A stretch of DNA of 64,000 nt, taken from Phycisphaerae bacterium. Its GTDB lineage: Bacteria > Planctomycetota > Phycisphaerae > UBA1845 > Fen-1342. Positions 17,436-26,423 of the stretch are shown piece after piece. Positions within the stretch are counted from its first letter, which is position 1, and each line of letters opens with the position of its first letter. The position numbers and the translations under genes are program-made. The stretch is from positions 96,001 through 160,000 of the forward strand of contig JASFQK010000006.1 of assembly GCA_050115495.1 (NCBI GenBank), read 5' to 3'. A model generated the notes under the pieces. The model saw nothing but the letters and a program-made list of their open reading frames with translations, was not told the DNA's origin and made no database searches.

Positions 17436-20162
17436 TCAGGTGGGGATTTCGACAAGTTGATCGAGGCTGCGTGGCCCGCGGATCTCGCGTACCCCGACGC
17501 GCAGCACGCCGCCGGCCAGCTTGCGAGCCCGCGGCAGGACGTAGCGGCACGTCTGGCGTTCGTTGGGCCGCACGTCGAGGAAGGTCTGTTCGAGCTGCGC
17601 CCGTCCCGGCGCCTGGCAGAAGGCACTGAAACTGACGGTTACGGCCGATGTGTTGGCCAGCGACTGGTCGACGATCAGGTCGTCGCCGTCCCACCGGGCC
17701 CGCGTCTGGACGTCGATGTCGCGTATCCGCACCGACAGTGGGGCCGCCAGTTCGAGCACCACGCCCACCGGGCTGCGCAGCTCGACCTGCACGCCCAGCA
17801 GTCGCTCCATGGCGATTTCCCGTGGCGGCAGCTCCAGGTCGAGCGGGTGGGTCAGCTCCTCCTCGGGAGCCAGGTCGAAATGGACGTCACGCGGCTCCAG
17901 GCGCCAGTCCGGCGGCAGCGAGCAGGTGGCCGTGCCGCGCAACCGCTCGCTGTAATAATTCCGCAGGTGCAGCACGGGACGCGGCTCCGCCACGTGCAAC
18001 TGGAGCCAGTCGGGCCGCACCCGGAAGCTCGCCTGCAACAGCGCCAGCGGCGCGTCAATCTGCTCGATGATAAACGGTTCCGGCGACAGGTGGACCTGCG
18101 CCCGGTGCTCCCGCACCTCCAGCGGCACACGCCGGCCGGTGAGATCCACGGCCACCGGGGCGTCGCCGAGATACAGCTCCACCGGCGCTGTCTGTACTTC
18201 CGCCCGCCACGTCCACAGCACGACACAGGACGACAGCTCGTCGCTGAAGAAGACCGCCAGGCCGTCCTGGTCGGGCAGGGGCATGGCGGCCACGGCCTGC
18301 TTGCCGCCGATGTAGTGGAACAGCGTGCGCAGGGCGATGTACGCCTCGGTCGGCTGCCAGGCCAGACTCCCGCCGCCGCCCGAGATCTCGAACGGCGCGG
18401 GTACGAAGACACGCTCGGCGCCGAGGGCCTTGGCCAGCACCAGCCGGCGGGCCCCTTCGAGGATGCGTTGGTCGTACGCCAGCTCCGCCCGCGGTTGATC
18501 CAGCAGCAGCCACACCGTGGGCAGCCCCACCGGACCGAGCCCGAGCGTATCGGGGGCAGTGTCCGGCGACACGCCGGCCAGCGCGGCCAACTGCGCGGGG
18601 AGTGACCGGGTCGGCCATTCAGACGGCACGGCGATCGAGACCGTGCGCGAGCCGCCGGTCGCCATGGGCGTTTCCGCCGGCTTCAGCGCCGTCACCGTGG
18701 CGGGGATCACGAGTTCCGCGGCGGTGACGAAGCGTTGCAGGTGCCCACGCAGGGTGGTCAGCGTCGGCCCGTCCCACGCATCGGCCCAGGCAGCGTCGGT
18801 CGTCTCGGCTCCCAACTGCCACGTGGTCACCAATCCGCCCAGATACGCCATCATCGGGGCCAAGTGCTGCTGGAAGCCCGTCACGCTGGTGAGGTACGGA
18901 TACGTCGCCCGAGTGTCGAGCTGCTGCGAAGCAGCCTCCGGCGGGAGGAGCACGCCCGCCACGTCGACGTAGCCGGCCACCAGCGTCCGAAAGACGTCGC
19001 GAACCTGGTCGACGTAGGCGACCTTGGAGGGGGTGTCCAACTCGTCCAGCATCGGCACGCCCAGCTTGACGGCGCCGCAGCGCAGCTCGTGAACCAGTTC
19101 ATCCAGGCCTTCGACGCCCGCCATCCGCCAGAGACCGACGTCCACGCCGAGGTCCGCCGATGCGCGCGGCTTGGCCGGCAGATCGGGCAGCACCGCAAAC
19201 CGGACGGTGCGGCACAGCAACGCCGTCTCATCACGACGGAGGTACAGCTCGGCCTCGTACAGGCCGGGGTCCAGCGACGGCAGAGGAATCTCGAGCGGCC
19301 GCACCGACTCGCCCGGCACGTCGTACTGCTCGCGGTGCACCTGCTGCCCTTCAACGTCCGTGATCCGCAATTCCGTGGTCAGCGGGGCCGTCGAAGCGTT
19401 GCGCAAGTCGCAGACAACCCGCACCGTCTCGCCGGGACGAACGAGCCCCGCCGGATCGGACAGGGCCAGGCGCACGCGCGGCAACTGGTAGACGGTGATG
19501 TCGTCGAACCAGACGGTCGCGTCGACCTCCTGGCGGATGATGGGGTCGAGGTGGGCGGGCGACGGCGGGTTCCAGAGCTCGCCCTGGAGGACGTACAGGC
19601 CCAGCCGCAACGCCGTGGCCGTCGGGTAGTCGCCCGAGATCGTCAGCTCGACACGCTGCCAGGGCTCATCGCCACCGGCTGAACCGTCGGAAGTGACGAG
19701 GCGCGTCACGCGGTCGCTGCCGCCGACGTGCCCGCCGGTCGCATCGACCAGGCAGGCATGCACGAAAGCCTGGGCGTAGTGCAGGCTGCGGGCCCTGATG
19801 TAGCCCACGACGAGGTAGTCCGCCCCGAGGACCACCGGCAGGTCGGCGTCGCGGTACTCGTAGGCCACGCTGCCGCCGTTCACCTCGAAGACGAACGACG
19901 GCGGCGCGTCGTGACCGTCCTGGTCATCGAAGCGCCCGGAGGTGTAGCGGGGGAAACCGTCGCCGACCAGACGCTCCCAGTACATGGGAACTTCCTCGTA
20001 GTTCCCCAGCGGGCGTTCGTCGAAGTCGAAGCATTTGACGACCTGGAACAGGCCGGCCCCCACCTCGCTGGCTGGCGAATCCGGGGGCGCGGACGGGTCG
20101 GCCCCGCTCAGGGCCGCCGCCGACAGCAGCGTCGAAATGAGCGCGCAATACCACCGCGACAT
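17436..20162 (-). CDS. Large secreted hypothetical protein (CBM-like, GH-like barrel, Ig-like domains)
   Basis: 908-aa ORF with signal peptide; VWFDDITV galactose-binding-like motif; TWQLG at the GH-A acid/base position; Ig-like C-terminus. Confidence 0.65.
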   Translation of the reverse strand: MSRWYCALISTLLSAAALSGADPSAPPDSPASEVGAGLFQVVKCFDFDERPLGNYEEVPMYWERLVGDGFPRYTSGRFDDQDGHDAPPSFVFEVNGGSVAYEYRDADLPVVLGADYLVVGYIRARSLHYAQAFVHACLVDATGGHVGGSDRVTRLVTSDGSAGGDEPWQRVELTISGDYPTATALRLGLYVLQGELWNPPSPAHLDPIIRQEVDATVWFDDITVYQLPRVRLALSDPAGLVRPGETVRVVCDLRNASTAPLTTELRITDVEGQQVHREQYDVPGESVRPLEIPLPSLDPGLYEAELYLRRDETALLCRTVRFAVLPDLPAKPRASADLGVDVGLWRMAGVEGLDELVHELRCGAVKLGVPMLDELDTPSKVAYVDQVRDVFRTLVAGYVDVAGVLLPPEAASQQLDTRATYPYLTSVTGFQQHLAPMMAYLGGLVTTWQLGAETTDAAWADAWDGPTLTTLRGHLQRFVTAAELVIPATVTALKPAETPMATGGSRTVSIAVPSEWPTRSLPAQLAALAGVSPDTAPDTLGLGPVGLPTVWLLLDQPRAELAYDQRILEGARRLVLAKALGAERVFVPAPFEISGGGGSLAWQPTEAYIALRTLFHYIGGKQAVAAMPLPDQDGLAVFFSDELSSCVVLWTWRAEVQTAPVELYLGDAPVAVDLTGRRVPLEVREHRAQVHLSPEPFIIEQIDAPLALLQASFRVRPDWLQLHVAEPRPVLHLRNYYSERLRGTATCSLPPDWRLEPRDVHFDLAPEEELTHPLDLELPPREIAMERLLGVQVELRSPVGVVLELAAPLSVRIRDIDVQTRARWDGDDLIVDQSLANTSAVTVSFSAFCQAPGRAQLEQTFLDVRPNERQTCRYVLPRARKLAGGVLRVGVREIRGPRSLDQLVEIPT

Positions 20163-20249
20163 AGCGCTCTTAGCTATCGGTCGTTCCGGGGGACTGGGCT
20201 AAGCGCCAGCGGCCGCCAGATGGGTTTATCGGTCGTGCCGGCCCGCCAC

Positions 20250-20738
20250 CTAGAACAGCGGCTTGCGGCCGAGCTTTCGCCGAATGGGGACAAACTGGCC
20301 CGCGTGCATCAGCTCGTGCGCGCCAATCATCATGTAGACCGCCCCGATTGTGGCGGCGAAGGCCCGCATGGATTCGGGAGCCGGCTTGTCGAAATCGGCC
20401 TCGGGTCGGGCCGCCAGCGCCGCCAACGTTCCCGCCCGCATCTTCTCCATCAGGGCCAGATACCCGTCCTTCGCCAGGAACTTCGCCGGGTCGTCCGACG
20501 TAGCAGATTCGGGACTGTGGGCCTCGGCGAAGCCCTCGGGGAGAGCCGGCATCTCGTCGCCGATGGCGGCGATCATGTGCTGCTCGGACGTGATCAGGTG
20601 GCCGAGCTGCCAGGCGATGTGGTTCGTACCGGGCACCGAGCGGACGAGCAGCTCGGCGTCGGTCAGGTTGTCCAGGTAGCTGATCGTAACGTGGTGGCAG
20701 AACTCGATCGTGCTGCGGGTGGCTTCTTTCGCGGTCAT
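20250..20738 (-). CDS. DinB family protein
   Basis: GGAG RBS before ATG 20738; NHIAWQLGHL and HELMHAGQ three-His signature. Confidence 0.88.
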   Translation of the reverse strand: MTAKEATRSTIEFCHHVTISYLDNLTDAELLVRSVPGTNHIAWQLGHLITSEQHMIAAIGDEMPALPEGFAEAHSPESATSDDPAKFLAKDGYLALMEKMRAGTLAALAARPEADFDKPAPESMRAFAATIGAVYMMIGAHELMHAGQFVPIRRKLGRKPLF

Positions 20739-20850
20739 GGTGGTCGCTCCGTTCGAGGGTGGCCCGGGCGGGCCGGCTCGCGCAGATCGGAAACTCGGGT
20801 AACATGATCCCGCGCCGGCATGCGTTTGGAAAGCACGCCCGGAATCGAAC

Positions 20851-21660
20851 ATGACACGGATCCTCGGCATCCTGAACATCACGCGCGACTCGTTTTCCGA
20901 CGGCGGCCGTTACCTGACGCCCGACGCGGCCTGGCAGCACGCGCAGCGGCTCATCGCTGACGGTGCCGACGCCATCGACATCGGGGCCGAATCGACCCAT
21001 CCCGACGCCGAGGACGTGGACGCCGACGAGGAGCTGGCCCGGCTCACGCCCGTGCTGACGCAATTGAAGGTGGCCGGTGTAGCCGTTTCAGTGGACACCT
21101 GCAAGCCGGCGGTGATGCGCGGCGTGCTGAAGCTCGGCGCCGACTACATCAACGACGTCGCCGGCCTCGGCACGCTGGAAGCGGTGGATGCCGTGCGCGA
21201 CAGCGACGCCCGGCTTATCCTGATGCACTCGACGGCCCGCGGCACACGCGCCGAGCGCGTAGCCGTCGACCCCGCCACGATCGTCGAACGCATCGTCGCC
21301 TTCTTCGCCGACCGGCTGGAGAGTCTGGAGCGGGCCAGCATCGACCGCCGCCGCGTGATTCTCGATCCCGGCATGGGCTTCTTCCTCGGCGATCGCCCGG
21401 AAGCCAGCCTCGCCGTGCTATGCGACATCGACCGGCTGAAATCGCTCGGCTGCCCGGTGCTGATCTCCACGTCGCGCAAATCGTTCATCGGCGCGCTGCT
21501 CGGCACCGACGACCAGCCACGACCGGTGGCCGAGCGCGGCGCCGGCACGCTGGCGACCGAACTCTGGGCCGCGGCTCACGGCGCCGACTACCTGCGAACT
21601 CACAACGTGCGCGCCCTCCGCGACGCGCTGGCCATCTGGCAGGCTCTCGAAAGGAGCTAG
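20851..21660 (+). CDS. folP: Dihydropteroate synthase, Sul-like
   Basis: GILNIT.DSFSDGG, DIGAEST, SVDT, INDV, LMH, LDPGMGF, SRKSF, LRTH. Confidence 0.96.
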   Translation: MTRILGILNITRDSFSDGGRYLTPDAAWQHAQRLIADGADAIDIGAESTHPDAEDVDADEELARLTPVLTQLKVAGVAVSVDTCKPAVMRGVLKLGADYINDVAGLGTLEAVDAVRDSDARLILMHSTARGTRAERVAVDPATIVERIVAFFADRLESLERASIDRRRVILDPGMGFFLGDRPEASLAVLCDIDRLKSLGCPVLISTSRKSFIGALLGTDDQPRPVAERGAGTLATELWAAAHGADYLRTHNVRALRDALAIWQALERS

Positions 21661-21663
21661 ATC

Positions 21664-22542
21664 ATGAATCCGTTCCGCGGCACGCTCACCGCCCTGGTCA
21701 CGCCCTTTCGCGACGGACAGCTCGACCTCGACGCCCTCGACGCCCACGTCCAACGCCAGATCGACGCCGGCGTGGACGGCCTCGTCCCCTGCGGCACCAC
21801 AGGTGAATCGCCCACGCTCTCGGTGGAGGAGTATGCCCAGGTCATCCAGCACGTGGTTCGCACGACCGCCGGCCGCGTGCCCGTCCTCGCCGGCGCCGGC
21901 ACCAACAGCACTTCGCGCACGTTGACGCTCGCGCAGACGGCGACGGAATGCGGCGCGACCGGCCTGCTCCTCGTCGCCCCCTACTACAACAAGCCGCCAC
22001 AGGAAGGGCTCTACCAACACTTCTCGACCGTCGCCCGCAGCACCCCCCTGCCGATCGTGCTCTACAACATCCCCGGTCGTTGCGGCGTCGAGATCGCCAT
22101 CGACACGCTCCGCCGGCTCTTCGACGACCACGAGAACATCGTCGTGGTCAAGCACGCCACTGGCAACGTCGCCAGCGCAGCCGACCTGCGAGCAACGTGC
22201 GGGATCGACGTTCTCTCCGGCGACGATCCGCTCACGCTGCCGCTCATGAGCGTCGGCGCCGTCGGCGTCATCAGCGTGCTCTCGAACATATTTCCGACCG
22301 CGGTCAAACGACTAACGACGGCCGCCCTCGCCGGCGACTACGCCGCCGCCCTGGCCGCGCACCGGGCAACGTACCGTCTCGCCTGGGCCCTGCTCTCGCT
22401 CGAAACGAACCCGATCCCGATCAAAACCGCGATGGCCCTACGTGGCTGGTGCCGTAACGAATTCCGCCTGCCACTGTGCCCGCTGTCCGCCGCGCAGCGT
22501 GAACGGTTGGAGGCGTTGCTCGCCGAAAGCGACCTGAGCTGA
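21664..22542 (+). CDS. dapA: 4-hydroxy-tetrahydrodipicolinate synthase
   Basis: TALVTPF, GTTGESPTL, PYYNKP, YNIPGR, Schiff-base Lys in VKHATG, ETNPIPIK. Confidence 0.96.
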   Translation: MNPFRGTLTALVTPFRDGQLDLDALDAHVQRQIDAGVDGLVPCGTTGESPTLSVEEYAQVIQHVVRTTAGRVPVLAGAGTNSTSRTLTLAQTATECGATGLLLVAPYYNKPPQEGLYQHFSTVARSTPLPIVLYNIPGRCGVEIAIDTLRRLFDDHENIVVVKHATGNVASAADLRATCGIDVLSGDDPLTLPLMSVGAVGVISVLSNIFPTAVKRLTTAALAGDYAAALAAHRATYRLAWALLSLETNPIPIKTAMALRGWCRNEFRLPLCPLSAAQRERLEALLAESDLS

Positions 22543-22585
22543 GCGCGCTGCGGCCGCACCACGACATCGTCTATAATGGACACGT

Positions 22586-23926
22586 ATGGACCTGTTCGCC
22601 GAACAGCGTAGGGCGGCTCTCGAACGCGTGCAGCCGCTGGCCGTGCGGATGCGACCGCGGACACTGGCCGAGTTCGCCGGCCAGGAGCACTTCCTTGGTG
22701 AGGGCAAGCTGCTCCGCCGGCTGCTCCAGGCCGACCGCCTGAGCAGCGCGATCTTCTACGGCCCGCCGGGGTGCGGCAAGACGACACTCGCGCAGGTCAT
22801 CGCCGGCCACACCCGCGCCGCCTTCGAAACGCTGCACGCTGCCGAAGCCGGCGTGAAAGACGTCCGCCGCGTGCTCGACGCCGCTCATCGGCGACTCGCC
22901 GGCGACGGGCAGCGAACGGTCCTCTTCCTCGACGAGATCCACCGCTTCAACCGCGCCCAGCAGGACGTCCTGCTGAACGACGTCGAATCGGGCGTGTTGA
23001 CGCTAATCGGGGCAACGACCGAAAACCCCTTCTTCTCGGTCAACAGCCCGCTCGTCTCGCGCAGCCAGGTCTTCCACTTCGAGCCGCTGGGTGGCGAGCA
23101 GATCATTGCCCTGTTGTGCCGCGCCCTGACCGACAAGGAGCGCGGCCTCGGCAAGACCGGTGCCCGCGCCGATGACGACGCCCTGGCTCTCATCGCCGAA
23201 TGGGCTGACGGCGACGCCCGCCGCGCCCTCAACGCGCTCGAAGTCGCGGTGCTGTCGGCCGACGGTGGCACGCCGCACGTCACCCGCGCCGTGGCCGCTG
23301 ACTCGATGCAGCGCAAGGCTGTTCTCTATGACGCCAGTGGCGACACGCATTACGACGTGGCCTCGGCGCTGATCAAGAGCATGCGCGGCAGTGATCCGGA
23401 CGCCGCGCTGTATTGGCTGGCCCGCATGCTCGAAGGTGGTGAGGACCCGCGCTTCATCGCCCGCCGCATCGCCATCTGCGCCGCGGAGGACATCGGCAAC
23501 GCCGACCCGCAGGCGCTGATCGTCGCCGCGGCGGCGGTGCAGATCACCGAGCTCGTCGGCCTGCCCGAAGCCGAATACCCGCTGGCCCAGGCCGCCGTGT
23601 ACCTGGCCTGCGCGCCGAAATCGAACGCCGTAACGATGGCGATCCACGCCGCCCGGGAAGAGGTGCGTCAGGGACCGACGCTGCCGGTGCCGCCGCACCT
23701 GCGCGATGCGAGTTATCGGGGCGCCGCCCGGCTGGGACACGGCGAGGGCTACGCGTATCCGCACGACTTTCCGGGCGGAATCGCGCCGCAGGACTACCTC
23801 CCCGAGCCGCGCAGCTATTACAATCCCACCGACCGGGGGCACGAGGCCCGCATCGCCTCCTGGCTGCGTGAGCGGCGGAAGGCCCGCGCAGCCCGGCCAG
23901 ATCAGGCGGCACCGAGACAGCCGTGA
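22586..23926 (+). CDS. rarA: Replication-associated recombination protein A (AAA+)
   Basis: PLA.RMRP, GPPGCGKTT, LDEIHRFN, GATTENP, SA.IKS.RGSDPDA, EDIGNADP. Confidence 0.97.
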   Translation: MDLFAEQRRAALERVQPLAVRMRPRTLAEFAGQEHFLGEGKLLRRLLQADRLSSAIFYGPPGCGKTTLAQVIAGHTRAAFETLHAAEAGVKDVRRVLDAAHRRLAGDGQRTVLFLDEIHRFNRAQQDVLLNDVESGVLTLIGATTENPFFSVNSPLVSRSQVFHFEPLGGEQIIALLCRALTDKERGLGKTGARADDDALALIAEWADGDARRALNALEVAVLSADGGTPHVTRAVAADSMQRKAVLYDASGDTHYDVASALIKSMRGSDPDAALYWLARMLEGGEDPRFIARRIAICAAEDIGNADPQALIVAAAAVQITELVGLPEAEYPLAQAAVYLACAPKSNAVTMAIHAAREEVRQGPTLPVPPHLRDASYRGAARLGHGEGYAYPHDFPGGIAPQDYLPEPRSYYNPTDRGHEARIASWLRERRKARAARPDQAAPRQP

Positions 23927-24495
23927 ACAAGCGGGAATTGCGTCAGGAGCTGCGTCGGCGGCTGGCGGCCATCACGCCAACCGAGCTGCAGCGCCGCAGC
24001 GCGCAGGCCACCGACAGGCTCTGCGCCCTCGAAGGCTGCGAGCCGATGGACGTGGTCATGATTTTCCTGTCGATGCCCTACGAGATCGACACGGCACCGA
24101 TCGCCCTGCACGCCTGGAGCCGCGGCAAGCGCGTGCTGGCCCCGCGCGTCTCGTGGGAACAGCGGCGCATGCTGCCGATCGAAATCCACTCGCTCGACAC
24201 CGACGTGCAGCCGGGGCTCATGGGGCTGCGCGAGCCGGTCGAGGGCATGCCCGTGCCCGTCTCGGACATCGACCTGGTGGTCGTCCCCGGGCTGGGCTTC
24301 GACGAACAGGGGAATCGGCTGGGGCGCGGGCGCGGCTTCTACGACCGCTTCCTGTCGCACCGGGACTTTCGGGGCTTGAGTTGCGCGCTGGCCTTTGAAG
24401 AGCAGGTCGTGGAGTGCGTACCCGTTGGCGAAGCGGATGTACGCGTCGACATGCTCGTGACCGACGTGCGGGTTCGACAGTTTTCACGCCAGTAA
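23923..24495 (+). CDS. 5-formyltetrahydrofolate cyclo-ligase
   Basis: K.ELR N-terminus, EIDT, DLVVVPGLGFD..GNRLGRGRGFYDRFL; GTGA overlap with rarA. Confidence 0.95.
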   Translation: MNKRELRQELRRRLAAITPTELQRRSAQATDRLCALEGCEPMDVVMIFLSMPYEIDTAPIALHAWSRGKRVLAPRVSWEQRRMLPIEIHSLDTDVQPGLMGLREPVEGMPVPVSDIDLVVVPGLGFDEQGNRLGRGRGFYDRFLSHRDFRGLSCALAFEEQVVECVPVGEADVRVDMLVTDVRVRQFSRQ

Positions 24496-24504
24496 TCACC
24501 GCTC

Positions 24505-26169
24505 ATGAGCACAACCATTATCCGTCGGCGTTACCTGACCAACTTCCAGCATCACCGCCTGCCCCACCTGTTCACCGACACGCTCGTGCTCGGTACCGGC
24601 GTGGCCGGCCTGACCGCCGCCCTCGAAGCCGCCGAAGGCGGCGAGGTGCTGCTGGTCACCAAGGAGCACGCCGAGCAGTCGGCGACGGTCTACGCCCAGG
24701 GCGGCATCGCCGCCGCCGCCACCGACGCCGGCGACAGCCCCGCCCGCCACGCCGCCGACACGATCACCGCGGCGTGCGGCCTCGGTCACGAGGACATCAT
24801 CAACCTGGTCGTCGGCGCCGCCCCCGCCTGCATCGAACTACTGAGCCACTGGGGCGCCCGCTTCGACCAGGAGAACGGCCACCTCGCTCGCGGGCAGGAG
24901 GGCGGGCACACCACTCGCCGCATCGTCCACGCCAGCGACGCCACCGGCCGGGAGATCGTCCGCGTCCTGCTCGAACGGGTCCGCCGCCATCCGCGCATCC
25001 GCCTGTTCGACGGCTGCTTCGCCATCGACCTGCTGACGCACGAGGCGGGCGTCGTCGGTGCCGTCACGTTCCATCCGAAGTACGGCCACCAGATGCTGCG
25101 GGCCACTACAACCATCCTCGCCTCGGGCGGCGCCGGCCGCATCTACCGCGAGACGACGAACCCCGCGGTGGCCACCGCCGACGGGCTGGCCATGGCCCTG
25201 CGAGCCGGAGCCGTGCTGCGCGACGTCGAGATGGTCCAGTTCCATCCGACCACGCTGTACATCGCCGGTGCGGCGCGTGCCCTCATCAGCGAAGCGGTCC
25301 GCGGTGAAGGCGGCCTCCTGGTCAATCGCGCCGGCCAGCGCTTCATGCCGGATTACGACGAGCGCGCCGAACTCGCCCCGCGCGACGTCGTCAGCCAGGC
25401 GATGCTGACCGAGATGCGGCGCGACCAGGCCGCCTGCGTCTACCTCGATGTGCGGCACTTCCCGCCGGGGCGCTTCGCCGAGCGCTTCCCCAACATCGCC
25501 CGCCTCTGCATCGATTTCGACATTCGCCCGGAACGCGACCTGATCCCCGTGCGGCCCGCTGCGCACTACATGGTCGGCGGCGTGGTCGTGGACACGCAGG
25601 GCCGGACCAGCCTGCCCGGCCTGCTCGCCTGCGGCGAGGTTTCCTGCACCGGCCTGCACGGGGCCAACCGGCTCGCCAGCAACTCGCTGCTCGAAGGCCT
25701 CGTCTACGGGCAGCGCGCCGGACGTCTGGCCGCCGAACGTGCCGGCAGCAACGGCCGCGTCTTCCAGTCGCCGGCCATCAGCCACGTCCTGCCGCAGTCG
25801 CCGCGCTCGGCACTCGACCTCGAGGACGTGCTCAGCAGTCTGCGCAGCCTGATGTCCCGCCGCGTCGGCGTACAGCGCGATGCCGGCGAGCTCGACGAAG
25901 CCCGCGAGTTGATCCAGTTCTGGGGCCGCTACGTGATGGACAAGGTCTTCGACGAGCCGATGGCCTGGGAAACGCAGAACATGCTCACCGTCGCCCTCTG
26001 CGTCGCCACGGCCGCCCTCGAACGCCGGGAGTCGCGCGGCGTGCATTATCGCACCGACTTTCCGCAGACCGATCCGGCGTGGCAGCGGCACATCGACCTC
26101 GCCCTCGTGGCCGAGCAGCTCGAGGTTTCGACATCCCCTGTCGGTAAATCCGCAGACGGCGTCCGATAG
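24505..26169 (+). CDS. nadB: L-aspartate oxidase
   Basis: GTGVAG, AQGGIA, EGGH..RRI.H, QFHPT, SEAVRGEG, ELAPRDVV, HYMVGG, GLHGANRLASNSLLE. Confidence 0.96.
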   Translation: MSTTIIRRRYLTNFQHHRLPHLFTDTLVLGTGVAGLTAALEAAEGGEVLLVTKEHAEQSATVYAQGGIAAAATDAGDSPARHAADTITAACGLGHEDIINLVVGAAPACIELLSHWGARFDQENGHLARGQEGGHTTRRIVHASDATGREIVRVLLERVRRHPRIRLFDGCFAIDLLTHEAGVVGAVTFHPKYGHQMLRATTTILASGGAGRIYRETTNPAVATADGLAMALRAGAVLRDVEMVQFHPTTLYIAGAARALISEAVRGEGGLLVNRAGQRFMPDYDERAELAPRDVVSQAMLTEMRRDQAACVYLDVRHFPPGRFAERFPNIARLCIDFDIRPERDLIPVRPAAHYMVGGVVVDTQGRTSLPGLLACGEVSCTGLHGANRLASNSLLEGLVYGQRAGRLAAERAGSNGRVFQSPAISHVLPQSPRSALDLEDVLSSLRSLMSRRVGVQRDAGELDEARELIQFWGRYVMDKVFDEPMAWETQNMLTVALCVATAALERRESRGVHYRTDFPQTDPAWQRHIDLALVAEQLEVSTSPVGKSADGVR

Positions 26170-26423
26170 ACGGGCCGCCCGTCGGCCGCATTGAGACTCG
26201 CGCAGCGCCGCCGCGGGCGGCGCGTGCGCAAACCGTTGCCCTTGTTGCGGTTAATCGGCTATAGTGTGGCAGGGTGGCGGGCCCGCCGATCCGGGCCGCT
26301 TGTTCCCCTTCAGTTCCCGGCGGCCGGAGGGTAGTCAGCAACCTGCGGCCAGACACAGCGTGGTGTGCGCTGCCCGCCAGCGCTCGCCACGCCGCGGCGA
26401 ACCTCGAGTAAGGAGCGCGTAAG

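Noticed and set aside
20739..21663. Mobile sul cassette (integron or ISCR)
   Set aside because: No integrase, attC, qacE-delta, glmM fragment or transposase; the gene is embedded in a housekeeping operon.
23880..23930. 6S RNA upstream of the 5-FTHF cyclo-ligase gene (common ssrS-ygfA linkage)
   Set aside because: The gene overlaps rarA directly, leaving no intergenic space.
26169..26229. GC hairpins after nadB as an intrinsic terminator
   Set aside because: Stems are present but there is no U-tract, and such stems are common by chance at this GC content.
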